Notes under the pieces: generated by a model
Databases searched by the model: none
Told to the model about the DNA's origin: nothing
What the model saw: only the letters and a program-made list of their open reading frames with translations
Shown: one piece after another, positions 28,746-38,055 of the stretch
How the letters are laid out: every line of letters starts with the position of its first letter
How positions within the stretch are numbered: the stretch's first letter is position 1
DNA from: Planctomycetota bacterium
Lineage (GTDB): Bacteria > Planctomycetota > Planctomycetia > JALXBF01
Length of the DNA: 47,272 bases
Assembly: GCA_026991575.1 (NCBI GenBank)
Contig: JALXBF010000133.1
Coordinates: 1-47,272 of the forward strand
Direction: 5' to 3'
Position numbers and translations under genes: made by a program

Positions 28746-30974
28746 TCACTTCCGGCGCCAGAGCCTCCGAGGTGGCAGTAGGCCGCGTTCCAGATCACGC
28801 ACCCAGGCCTGCAGGGCGCGCTCCTGGGGCATGTCCGGGTTGTAACCGTGGTCTTCGCCGGTGAGTTCCTTCAGGGTCATGATGGCTAATTGCCGCACGG
28901 AGAGGTCAACGTCGGGTTGAAGCAGCTCAATCAGCGCGGCGTACAGCTCCCGGTCCCGAGCCGCCGCGTCCGGGACGCCATTGAGCAACATGACAACCGC
29001 ACCAGCCTTGCCGACACGAAGCTGATCCAGGGCTCCCGTGGGCTTTCCCTGTCCGTCCGCCTGGTCCGCAGGCGGCCGTCCGACGAACACCCGATAGACA
29101 CTTTCTGCAAGGTGGGCGTACTCGGCCGGACCAAGCGCCAGGTACCAGCGGAGCCAGCGGATTGCCTCCAGCCGCAGGAAGACCGACTCGGTGCTGTTCA
29201 GCATGCGCACGACCGGATCCAGTCGTCCGAGTGCCACGAGCGAACGAAGGGCCAGCGCACGGACATTCTCATCTTGCTCCGCGTCGTGCAGGATCTCCAG
29301 CAGTCGCGGCGGTAGTCGCCCTTCGCGAGGCAACTGCTTGAGAAACTGCCGCAGAGAACGTCGCTGTGCGGCAGGCAGTGCTCGGCCACTGATCCATTCC
29401 GGCTCACCCTCCCCGAGCCGATCACGTAGCACGATGGTTCCACGGTCGGAGCGGTAGATAACGTCCTTGCCCGGATCTAACTTGACAGTCTCCTTCGCCT
29501 CATAGCTCACCGAGATCTCGAGCGTCTGCTCCGCCTCTTGCTGCTGCGCCCCTCCACCGTCAGCATCCGGCTTGTGTCCCTGCTGCGCGTCGGCCGCCGG
29601 TTCGACGTTCGGTTCCAGTACCGTCAGCACGACACTGCCGCTGACCGGCACGAACACGGCCTCCAGGGCATGCGGGCCTCCGGGCACGTAGACCGGTTGG
29701 AACCGCATCGCCAGTCGGGTATCGGTCGCCCGGGCGTCAATCAGGAACGCCACGCCAGCAGGGGTGGTGACCAACAATTTGGCCGGCACCGACTCAGCCC
29801 GTAGCAGGACCTGACCGAAGCCAAGGTCAAGCGTGCGGACACCGGCTGGTAGCGCTCCCCCGGGCGACGTTCCCCATATCCAGCCGGTCAGGTCGACGGC
29901 ATCGGCGATCCAGGGCCTGACGACCAGCCGCGTTCGCACGCCCTCCAGGTTGACCATGGGCGTGGTTGGTGGCACGGGGCTTTCTCGAGAAACGGCAACC
30001 CAGTCGCCCACCGTCTCGTCGTAAACGACGGCGATGTGCGTGCTGCCGGCCAGCATGGCAAACGCCCGCTCCGAGCGGGACGCAGCGGAAGGGGTGGCCG
30101 CAGGAGCGGTCGCTGCGCCGGCGCGCGCGCTTTCGGCAGCATCGGCACGGGCCTCCGACACGTCGCCGGCTTCGGGTTCACCGGCTGGCCTGGCCGGTTC
30201 GTCGCCGCCGACCGTGGGCTGCATGGGGGAGTCAGAACCGGCCGGCTGCCTGGCCTGCCGCTTAGCGTCGCCCTCGTCCGCTTCCTCGTCCACGGACGGA
30301 GGCGTTGGTTCGGTCTTCGCCGCCGCCGCCGCCGACTCAGGCGTCTCCGTCTTCTTGGCCGACGCGGCCGCACGGCCGGAATCGGCCACGGCCTCCCGGT
30401 CGACCTTCTGAGCCTGCGCTATCGCTTCCGGTGGACGAGCCGTTCCGTAGAACCGGTCGTAGGCTACCTTGCCCACAAAAAACGCCGCCACGAGCAGCAT
30501 GCCAGTGATGAGGACCCAGGGCAACAGCCGCGGCTGCTGGAAGGTCATCGGGGGACTAACGCTCGGCAGCCGCTCGGCCTCCTCACGAAGCTCTAGCTCG
30601 TTGAGGACAAGCCTGGTCAGGCGCAACTTCGTCTCTTCGCTGACATGAGCCGGCTGCCCCAGCATGGTCAGGATCTGATGGCAGGCGGCCACCTCGGCCA
30701 GCTCTCGGTCAGAGCGAAGGCATTCCGCCTCAAATGCGGCAACTGTTTCCTTCTCGAGTACGTTGTCCAAGTATTCCGCAACGACGTTCGCGTCGACTGT
30801 CGTGCTCAGTGGTCGCGGTGCAGACAGCCGCCGGGTTCGGATCACGCGGCGGATCCGTTCGATGAGATCCTGGGCAAAGTCGCTCTCGTCGACCTTCTGA
30901 CCGATATCCCGCGCGGTCTGGGCGTCGAGCGTGTCGTCGATGTACGCCAGGAGCGTTCTAAGCGTTAGCCGCAT
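28746..30974 (-). CDS. Conserved planctomycete hypothetical membrane protein
   Basis: MRLTLRTLLAYIDDTL...VAEYLDN...LAEVAACHQIL N-terminal domain, one TM, low-complexity linker, helical C-terminus. Confidence 0.75.
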   Translation of the reverse strand: MRLTLRTLLAYIDDTLDAQTARDIGQKVDESDFAQDLIERIRRVIRTRRLSAPRPLSTTVDANVVAEYLDNVLEKETVAAFEAECLRSDRELAEVAACHQILTMLGQPAHVSEETKLRLTRLVLNELELREEAERLPSVSPPMTFQQPRLLPWVLITGMLLVAAFFVGKVAYDRFYGTARPPEAIAQAQKVDREAVADSGRAAASAKKTETPESAAAAAKTEPTPPSVDEEADEGDAKRQARQPAGSDSPMQPTVGGDEPARPAGEPEAGDVSEARADAAESARAGAATAPAATPSAASRSERAFAMLAGSTHIAVVYDETVGDWVAVSRESPVPPTTPMVNLEGVRTRLVVRPWIADAVDLTGWIWGTSPGGALPAGVRTLDLGFGQVLLRAESVPAKLLVTTPAGVAFLIDARATDTRLAMRFQPVYVPGGPHALEAVFVPVSGSVVLTVLEPNVEPAADAQQGHKPDADGGGAQQQEAEQTLEISVSYEAKETVKLDPGKDVIYRSDRGTIVLRDRLGEGEPEWISGRALPAAQRRSLRQFLKQLPREGRLPPRLLEILHDAEQDENVRALALRSLVALGRLDPVVRMLNSTESVFLRLEAIRWLRWYLALGPAEYAHLAESVYRVFVGRPPADQADGQGKPTGALDQLRVGKAGAVVMLLNGVPDAAARDRELYAALIELLQPDVDLSVRQLAIMTLKELTGEDHGYNPDMPQERALQAWVRDLERGLLPPRRLWRRK

Positions 30975-31058
30975 GAGGTTCACTCCTCAGGAGCAGGCTC
31001 TGGCCCCTCGTTAGGATTAGTGCAGCGCGGGAGCCCGCTTCGTACACGCAGTCGAGAA

Positions 31059-33197
31059 ATGGCCGGAACACTCTCTGTCTGGTGCCAGGCGTCAGCTCTA
31101 CTTCTGCCGCTTCTGATCGGGGCCTGGCTGCTTGCCCGGCGCCTCTGTCCGCTTGCCTGTTGGCCGCTACGGACGGCGGTCGGCGCCGTCTGGACGCTCT
31201 GCTGGATCGTGCTGGTTCCCCAGCTGGCAACCATCACCGGCGTGTGCTTTGACTACCGCCTTGCACTGACTGCCGCCTGGTTCTGGGCAGCCGCGGCCGC
31301 CGTGGCCTACCGGCTCAAGCACCCGGCGGGCCGACGTCCTCGGGGTCGGTCGGCTCGCCTTGCGCCGAGCGTGGCGGTAGCCGTAGCTGCTGGGGCCGTG
31401 ATCGCGGTCTTTTATTTGTGCAAGGCCGTCTGTGAGCCGGTGTACGTGGCCAGCGACGCCCCGATTTACCACCTGCCGTTCGCCATCGAGTGGGTTCAAC
31501 AGGGCCGGATCGTGTTGGTCCCGACCCCGTTCGGCGAGCAGGCTGCGACCTACTTTCCGGCGAACATTTCGCTCTGGTACGCCTGGCTTATCCTGGCCAC
31601 TGGCAATGAGTACCTGGCCAAAGCCGGTCAGTGGCCCTTTCTGTTGCTGGGTGCCATCGCACTGTACGGTGCCGCCAGATTGCTTGGCCACCGCAGCGAC
31701 GCCGCGGCGACGGCCGCGCTAGCCTGGTCGCTCGCGCCCCACGGGCTCTTCTTCAGTGCCATAGCTATCGCGGACGTTGCCGTGGCGGGGTTGTACCTCA
31801 GTGCGGTTGCCCTTCTGCTGGCCTGGCGCCGGTATCGCCGGTTCGTGTTCCTGGTAACGGGTGGCTTGGCACTTGGGCTGGCAACCGGGTCGAAGCTGAT
31901 TGCACTGCTGTTCACGGGACCGTTGGCTGCCGCCACCCTCTGGCAACTGTTCGTCCGCCCCGGGGCCCGGTTCACGCGGGCGTGCCTGTTTTTGTTAGCG
32001 CTGGCAGTCCCGTGCGCGTACTGGTTCGCGCGCAACTGGTTGCTGACGGGCAACCCGGTTTACCCCACGCACGTAGCGCTGTTCGGCACAGTCATCTTCC
32101 AGGGCTGGTACGACCGTGCGGCGCTTGCCACAAGCCGCTATCACATCGATCCGGGCAACTGGGTGGCCGCGGTGGCGATCCTGGCGCGTCTGGTGCGGTG
32201 GTGGTTGCTGCCAGTCTTGCTGGCGGCCTGGATGTGGATGCTGATGCGGAGACGCCAGGCGGAATGGCTGGCGCACTGGATTGTCGCCGCGTTGCTGTTC
32301 TGGTTCGTGAATCCGTATCAGACGCAGGAGCGCTTCCTGCTCGGGCCGCTGGGATTGGCGTACTTGCCGCTTGCCGCGCTGCTGGATCGCTGGCGGTGGT
32401 TGGCACCAGTGGTGGCCTGGGCAAGCATCCTGCAGACGGCGCTGCCCCAGCTGGACGTATGGCAGGTGCTGGGCAGGCCCGATCTGGTGCTCTTCCCGCC
32501 GTTCCCGCCACTGATCACGGTCGGCTGGTTAATGACTGGGCCGGTGGCTACGGCCGGGGTTATCGCCGTGCTGCTTGTGTTGGCCTGGGGCGTGGGGCGT
32601 TGGCATTTGACGGTGGCTGGCGCTAGTGTCGTTGCCGTCGGTCTGGCGATCGCTCTGCTGCCCGATCCACTGGTTCGTTTCGTCCGGTCATCACGTCCGC
32701 TGCGGTTCTATCCGGTCTGGGATCATACGGATGGATGGTGGGCCTTGGAACGGGCCAGTCCGCCGGAGGGACGCACGGTGGCGTACGCGGGCACCAACCT
32801 GCGGTACTACTTGTACGGCATAGGATTTCGCAATCGTGTCGTGTATGTGAACGTGAACCGATGGCGTGGTTTCTTGATGCATCGATTTCACCGATTGGTT
32901 GCGGAGCGGGGCGAGCCCCTGGCCGATGGTACCCGTCCTGACTGGGACCGGCGTGAACCGGATCGTGCCGCGTGGTTGGCGAACCTATCGGCGGCCGGCG
33001 TGGAGCTGTTGTTTGTCACGACGGTGAACGTGCGCGGTGGCCTGCACTATGTCCACGATCGGGAGGGATTTCCAATAGAACGAAGCTGGGCAGACGGTAT
33101 GCCCGACCGGTTTCAGCGGCTGGCGTGGGGCCGTGACTGGGTGTTGTATCGGGTGCTTGTGCCGGTCGGGGAGGCCAGGGGGGAGTCACGACCATGA
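31059..33197 (+). CDS. Polytopic membrane protein, probable GT-C glycosyltransferase (ArnT/PMT-like)
   Basis: Many TM helices; first loop SDAPIYHLP, YFPAN, GLATGSK, YWFARNWLLTGNPVYP; C-terminal soluble domain. Confidence 0.6.
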   Translation: MAGTLSVWCQASALLLPLLIGAWLLARRLCPLACWPLRTAVGAVWTLCWIVLVPQLATITGVCFDYRLALTAAWFWAAAAAVAYRLKHPAGRRPRGRSARLAPSVAVAVAAGAVIAVFYLCKAVCEPVYVASDAPIYHLPFAIEWVQQGRIVLVPTPFGEQAATYFPANISLWYAWLILATGNEYLAKAGQWPFLLLGAIALYGAARLLGHRSDAAATAALAWSLAPHGLFFSAIAIADVAVAGLYLSAVALLLAWRRYRRFVFLVTGGLALGLATGSKLIALLFTGPLAAATLWQLFVRPGARFTRACLFLLALAVPCAYWFARNWLLTGNPVYPTHVALFGTVIFQGWYDRAALATSRYHIDPGNWVAAVAILARLVRWWLLPVLLAAWMWMLMRRRQAEWLAHWIVAALLFWFVNPYQTQERFLLGPLGLAYLPLAALLDRWRWLAPVVAWASILQTALPQLDVWQVLGRPDLVLFPPFPPLITVGWLMTGPVATAGVIAVLLVLAWGVGRWHLTVAGASVVAVGLAIALLPDPLVRFVRSSRPLRFYPVWDHTDGWWALERASPPEGRTVAYAGTNLRYYLYGIGFRNRVVYVNVNRWRGFLMHRFHRLVAERGEPLADGTRPDWDRREPDRAAWLANLSAAGVELLFVTTVNVRGGLHYVHDREGFPIERSWADGMPDRFQRLAWGRDWVLYRVLVPVGEARGESRP

Positions 33198-34054
33198 CCA
33201 TCCGAAGTGCTGAGTCCGCGCTGGTGCTGGCGGGCTATTGTGTTGCGATTGCGATCGCGTCGTTAGTTGGTGGCTGGGTGCCGCTGCTGCGGCGCACGAC
33301 CCATATGCGGCTGCAGGGGTATTTGAGTTTCAGCGCGGGCGTGATGCTCGGAGCCGCGTTAGGCCACATGTTACCCGAGGCATACGAGGCGGTAGGGTCG
33401 GCTGCCAGCATGTGGGCGTTGGTCGGAGTTCTGGGCCTGGTGGTGGTGGAGCGGTTTCTGGCGTTTCATCGCCATGAGTTCGGTGCATCGGAACTTGGCT
33501 ACGAAGGGGGTGAAGGCCGGCGGTTTTCACCAGCCCAGGCGTTGGCCCGTTGGACGCCGGACTTTTCTGGGGAGCGACCAGCGGTGCTGGCGACGACTGC
33601 TGTGGCGGGTCTGACGTTGCACACGCTTTCGGCTGGTATTGCGTTGGCCAGCGCTGCAGCGGCTGCCGGCGATGCGCGCAGCGCGGAGGCTTTCTCGGTG
33701 TTCCTGGCTCTTTTGGTGCACAAACCGGCCGATTCGATGACGATTGCGACGTTGCTGTTGTGCGGTGGCCGGTCACGAGCAACGGTTCATTTGGTGAATC
33801 TGGCGTACGCGTCGGTGGTGCCGGTTGGCGTGGTCGGGTTCTATCTGGTGCGCGCTCTGGCGCTGCCGCTCGTACGGCAGGCTGCATTCACGGGGATTGT
33901 GCTGGCGGTATCGGCCGGTTCGTTTCTGGTAATTGCGCTGGCGGACCTGCTGCCTGAGCTTCAGTTTCATGGGCACAATCGGTTTCGGCTGACCTTGTTG
34001 CTCTTGGCCGGGGTTGGCACGATGGTGCTGCCGGCGCTGCTGGGCCATGGTTGA
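33194..34054 (+). CDS. ZIP family divalent metal transporter
   Basis: FSAGVMLGAALGHMLPEA, VHKPADS, SAGSFLVIALADLLPE. Confidence 0.88.
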   Translation: MTIRSAESALVLAGYCVAIAIASLVGGWVPLLRRTTHMRLQGYLSFSAGVMLGAALGHMLPEAYEAVGSAASMWALVGVLGLVVVERFLAFHRHEFGASELGYEGGEGRRFSPAQALARWTPDFSGERPAVLATTAVAGLTLHTLSAGIALASAAAAAGDARSAEAFSVFLALLVHKPADSMTIATLLLCGGRSRATVHLVNLAYASVVPVGVVGFYLVRALALPLVRQAAFTGIVLAVSAGSFLVIALADLLPELQFHGHNRFRLTLLLLAGVGTMVLPALLGHG

Positions 34055-34228
34055 GCCTTGGCTGGTGGCGGTGTTTGGCCGGCTGCCGCGGTGGTGACGT
34101 GGGGGATAGAATTCGCGTTGCCGCGGCGTCGAGAGCTGGTGTGTCGGGGCGTGGCGGCGGTGCTAAGGTTAGGCAGAGTGGTTCGTTGGCGATTGGCTGA
34201 GCAGGCCCGTGTTAGAGGAGTGGCACGC

Positions 34229-34534
34229 GTGAACATTTTGATCACAGCCCGTCACGGAACGCTTCGCGAGGACTTGCGCACGCGCGTCGAGGAGCGGATC
34301 CAGCGGCTGTTGCGCCTGTACCAGAAGGTGACCAAGATTGAGGTGGTTTTTGATCACGAGCGGGCGGACACAAAGGTTGAAGTGATTGTGCATGCGGATC
34401 ACAAGCATCTGTTTGTGGTCAGTGAGCGGCACCCGGATCCGAAGGTAGCGGCGGACCAGGCGGTGAAGGTGGCTGAGGAGCGGCTGCGGCGGTACAAGAC
34501 CAAGTTGCGCGATTGGCAGCACGGTCAGTTGTGA
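34229..34534 (+). CDS. hpf: Ribosome hibernation promoting factor (RaiA/HPF)
   Basis: GTG 34229 after GAGGAG; NILITARH, KIEVVF, EERLRRYKTKL; directly upstream of ptsN. Confidence 0.85.
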   Translation: MNILITARHGTLREDLRTRVEERIQRLLRLYQKVTKIEVVFDHERADTKVEVIVHADHKHLFVVSERHPDPKVAADQAVKVAEERLRRYKTKLRDWQHGQL

Positions 34535-34624
34535 TGGCCCGTCGCGCGCGCAGCGCAGGCAGAGCAATCGGCAAGTGGCGTGACCATGAAGAGTAATGAC
34601 ACGTATGTAGCAGGAGAGTCTTGG

Positions 34625-35101
34625 ATGAAGCTGTCCGACTTCGTGGTACCGGACGCGATTATTCCTCGCTTGAAAGCTTCCACGAAGGAGGCGGCGGTTC
34701 GAGAGATCATCGAGAGTCTGCAGGCGGCGGGCTCGATCCCGGCGAAAGAGGTCAACAGCGTTGTGCAGGCGATCATGCGACGGGAGGAGCTCGGCTCGAC
34801 GGGCATTGGCCACGGCGTGGCCCTGCCGCACACCCGTCATTCGGCGGTGAAGCGGCCGGTGGGCACGGTGGCGATCAGTGAGGAAGGGGTTGAGTTTGAT
34901 GCGATTGATGGTGAGCCGGTGTACATTATTTTCCTTGTCGTATCGCCGGTTGACCGTCCCGGTGATCACCTGCGCGCGCTGGACCGGGCATCGCGGCAAC
35001 TCCGCAACGAAATGTTCCGCCGTTTCCTGAGGCAGGCGAAGTCGAAGGAAGAGATTCTGGAGCTGATCGAGGAAGCGGACGAACAGGAATTCCCGGGCTG
35101 A
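34625..35101 (+). CDS. ptsN: PTS EIIA (Ntr/fructose type)
   Basis: REELGSTGIGHGVALPH, EFDAIDGEPV, HLRAL; AGGAG RBS. Confidence 0.9.
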   Translation: MKLSDFVVPDAIIPRLKASTKEAAVREIIESLQAAGSIPAKEVNSVVQAIMRREELGSTGIGHGVALPHTRHSAVKRPVGTVAISEEGVEFDAIDGEPVYIIFLVVSPVDRPGDHLRALDRASRQLRNEMFRRFLRQAKSKEEILELIEEADEQEFPG

Positions 35102-35111
35102 ACATGGGGAA

Positions 35112-35453
35112 ATGCAGCGAAGCAACGTGAACGAACCGCGCCCAATCCGCATGCCGGACCGCACGGTACGGAGGCAATTACGTGTGCACGATCCAGCCGG
35201 ACTGCATATTCGTCCGGCAGCTGCCGTGGCCCAGGCGGCGGCGGCGTATGCCTCGGACGTGCGGTTCTGCTACGGTGGGCGGGAAGTGGACGGCAAGAGC
35301 GTGCTGGACCTGCTCACGCTCGGAGCGGCACCAGGGACGACGGTCGAACTGGTCGTCATCGGTGCCGACGCGGAAGAGGCAGCCGATCATATTGCGCGCG
35401 TCTGGCACGAGGTGCTGGGTGCTTCACCCGGCTCAGCCAACGACGAGCTCTAA
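35112..35453 (+). CDS. ptsH: Phosphocarrier protein HPr
   Basis: GLHIRPAA (phospho-His), DGKSVLDLL (regulatory Ser), GADAEEA; start may be 35151. Confidence 0.88.
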   Translation: MQRSNVNEPRPIRMPDRTVRRQLRVHDPAGLHIRPAAAVAQAAAAYASDVRFCYGGREVDGKSVLDLLTLGAAPGTTVELVVIGADAEEAADHIARVWHEVLGASPGSANDEL

Positions 35454-35623
35454 GCCGGTAACGCTCGCTTGCATGCCAGTGTTTGGCCCGCGGAACCGGT
35501 AAGTTTGGAGCTGCTCGGCTGGCTCGCAACCGCCAGCGTCCCCTGCCCTGCTGGCCGGCACCGGCTCAACTCCCCCGTCCCTGCGCCCCGCTCCAGCCGA
35601 CGGTGAACAAACCAGGATCAACG

Positions 35624-37375
35624 ATGAACAAACAGATGCGGGTACTGCGGGGCATTCCGGTATCGCCCGGCGTCACCATCGGGCCTGCGATGATCCTGGA
35701 CGTCACGGGCCTGCGGATCCCCCCGCGCCGCGTATCCGAAGCGGAGGTCGACCGTGAGCTGGAACGGTTCCGGCAAGCGGTTGAGGCGGCGGTGCATGAG
35801 GTGAACCGCCAGAAAGAACTGGTCACGGCCAAGCTCGGCCCTGAAAGTGCCAGCATCTTCGCCGCCCACATCGTCATGCTCCGCGACCCGGGCTTTTCCA
35901 ACCGGGTCGAGCGCCTGATCCGAGACGAGCGCTACACGGCAGAGTATGCCGTCAGCCACACGATCCAGCGGTTCATCGAAGTGCTGCAGCAGCTCAAGAC
36001 GCCGCTTACATCCCGTGTCGGTGACCTGCGCGACATTGGCAATGAACTGCTTCGCCACCTCATCGGCTCACAGCGCCAGGAACTGAAGCACCTTGAACAG
36101 CCGGTCGTCATCCTCGCCGCCGACCTCTCACCAGCAGAAACCGCCCGGCTCGATACGTCCCGCGTGCTCGGCTTTGCCACCGAGCTTGGTGGCCGTACCA
36201 GCCACACGGCCATCGTGGCCGGCAGTCTTGAGATTCCTGCGGTGGTTGGCGTCGAGGGGCTGTTGGCCCATGTGCTTCCCGGTGATCAGGTGATCATCGA
36301 CGGCAACCAGGGTGTGGTGGTGATCAACCCGGACCAGCCCACGCTGGAACGCTACGAAAGAGCGCTGCGTCGGTTCAAGCTCTTTACCGAATCGCTCGCC
36401 ACCCTGCGCTCATTGCCCGCAGAGACCAAGGACGGCACTCGGATCGCCCTGTTGGGCAACATTGAGTTTCCACGGGAAGTGCACTACAGCCTGCGACAGG
36501 GTGCGGAGGGCATCGGCCTGTACCGCACCGAGTTTCTGTTCTTGGAACGGGATACCCCCCCGACCGAGGAAGACCACTACGAGGCGTATTGCGAGGTGAT
36601 CCGGGCGGTTGGTGGCCGGCCGGTTGTGATCCGCACCCTGGACCTCGGCGCGGACAAGCTCCCGGGCAGCACGGACGAGCAGCGTGAGCGGAACCCGTTC
36701 CTTGGGCTGCGCAGTATCCGCTTGTGCCTGCGCCGGTTGGAGCTGTTCAAGACCCAGCTCCGCGCAATCCTGCGGGCAAGTATGGAAGGGCCGGTGAGCT
36801 TGATGTTCCCGATGGTGAGCACGTTGCTGGAGCTGCGTCAGGCCAAGCTGGTGCTTGCCGAAGTCATGGAGGACTTGGCCGAGCAGGGTGTGCCCTACCG
36901 ACGCGACATCAAGGTTGGCATCATGGTCGAGGTGCCGTCCACAGCGATCATGGCGGACTATTATGCGCGCGAGGTGGACTTTTTCTCACTCGGGACCAAC
37001 GACCTGACCCAGTACGTGCTCGCGGTGGACCGAGGCAACGAAAAGGTGGCAAACCTGTACAGTCCGGTCGACCCGGCCGTCCTGCGGTTGATCCGCCGCA
37101 CGATCATCGTGTCGCGGCGGCGCGGGATCCCGATCAATATCTGCGGCGAGATGTGTGGTGATCCACTGTACACGATGTTGCTCATCGGACTCGGCGTGCG
37201 CAGCATGAGTGCCGCGCCGCACAGCCTTCCGGAACTGAAGCAGACCATCCGATCCGTGTCGGTGGAGGAATGCGAGAAGATCACACGGCGTGTGATGCTC
37301 ATGGAAAATGCGCGTGACGTGGAGGCGTACCTGCGGGGCATCGCCCGCGAGAAGTTACCGGAGCTCTTCGAGTGA
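35624..37375 (+). CDS. ptsI: Phosphoenolpyruvate-protein phosphotransferase (Enzyme I)
   Basis: GIPVSPG, GGRTSHTAI, GIGLYRTEF, NPFLGLRSIR, SLGTNDLTQY, ICGEM. Confidence 0.96.
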   Translation: MNKQMRVLRGIPVSPGVTIGPAMILDVTGLRIPPRRVSEAEVDRELERFRQAVEAAVHEVNRQKELVTAKLGPESASIFAAHIVMLRDPGFSNRVERLIRDERYTAEYAVSHTIQRFIEVLQQLKTPLTSRVGDLRDIGNELLRHLIGSQRQELKHLEQPVVILAADLSPAETARLDTSRVLGFATELGGRTSHTAIVAGSLEIPAVVGVEGLLAHVLPGDQVIIDGNQGVVVINPDQPTLERYERALRRFKLFTESLATLRSLPAETKDGTRIALLGNIEFPREVHYSLRQGAEGIGLYRTEFLFLERDTPPTEEDHYEAYCEVIRAVGGRPVVIRTLDLGADKLPGSTDEQRERNPFLGLRSIRLCLRRLELFKTQLRAILRASMEGPVSLMFPMVSTLLELRQAKLVLAEVMEDLAEQGVPYRRDIKVGIMVEVPSTAIMADYYAREVDFFSLGTNDLTQYVLAVDRGNEKVANLYSPVDPAVLRLIRRTIIVSRRRGIPINICGEMCGDPLYTMLLIGLGVRSMSAAPHSLPELKQTIRSVSVEECEKITRRVMLMENARDVEAYLRGIAREKLPELFE

Positions 37376-38055
37376 GCGCGCCGCAGGCCAGCCATTACCG
37401 GTACCGTATCCGTTTCGCCAAGAAGGGTCTGATGCGGTTTGTCGGCCACCAGGAACTGATGCGGGTCTTCGAACGAGCGCTGCGGCGGTGCGGCTTCCGG
37501 ATCAGGCCGCGGGAAGGCTTTCGCACCAAGGTCCGGCTCTCCTTCCCCCTGTCGCTAGCACTCGGCTTCGAAGCCGACGAGGAGGTCTTTCAGGTGGACC
37601 TGCAGGAGCCGGTCGCCGCCGAAACACTGGCCGCTTCGCTCCAGGCCGAGTTGCCCGAAGGGCTCCGTGTGGTCCGGGTACAACAAGTCGAACCGTACCA
37701 GCGCGCCCGCGTCATCGCCACCGAATACCGCTTGACGGTGCCGCCAGAGCGGCTTGAAGCAACCGCCGCACGAGTAGCCGCCTGGGAAGCCGGTGCGCCG
37801 GTGGAGGTGGTCCGTGAGCAGAAGGGTGTGGCCCGCACCGTCAATCTCCGCCCGGCACTACAGCAGGTGACGCTGACTGGCAACGAGCTGACATTCCGCA
37901 TCGCCACAGACCAACCTGCCACGGCTCGGCCGCTGGACGTGCTAAAGTGGCTTGATTTGGAGGGTCTGTTGCGTGAGGGGCTGATCGTGACGCGGACCCG
38001 GGTCATCCTGGAAGACGAAACGGACCGTACTGAGCAGCCCGGAAGCAACCTATGA
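37372..38055 (+). CDS. TIGR03936/DUF2344 radical-SAM-associated protein
   Basis: RIRFAKKGLMRFVGHQELMRVFERALRR, EGF...LSFPLSLALG, LPEGL; overlaps ptsI stop and rne start. Confidence 0.82.
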   Translation: MSAPQASHYRYRIRFAKKGLMRFVGHQELMRVFERALRRCGFRIRPREGFRTKVRLSFPLSLALGFEADEEVFQVDLQEPVAAETLAASLQAELPEGLRVVRVQQVEPYQRARVIATEYRLTVPPERLEATAARVAAWEAGAPVEVVREQKGVARTVNLRPALQQVTLTGNELTFRIATDQPATARPLDVLKWLDLEGLLREGLIVTRTRVILEDETDRTEQPGSNL

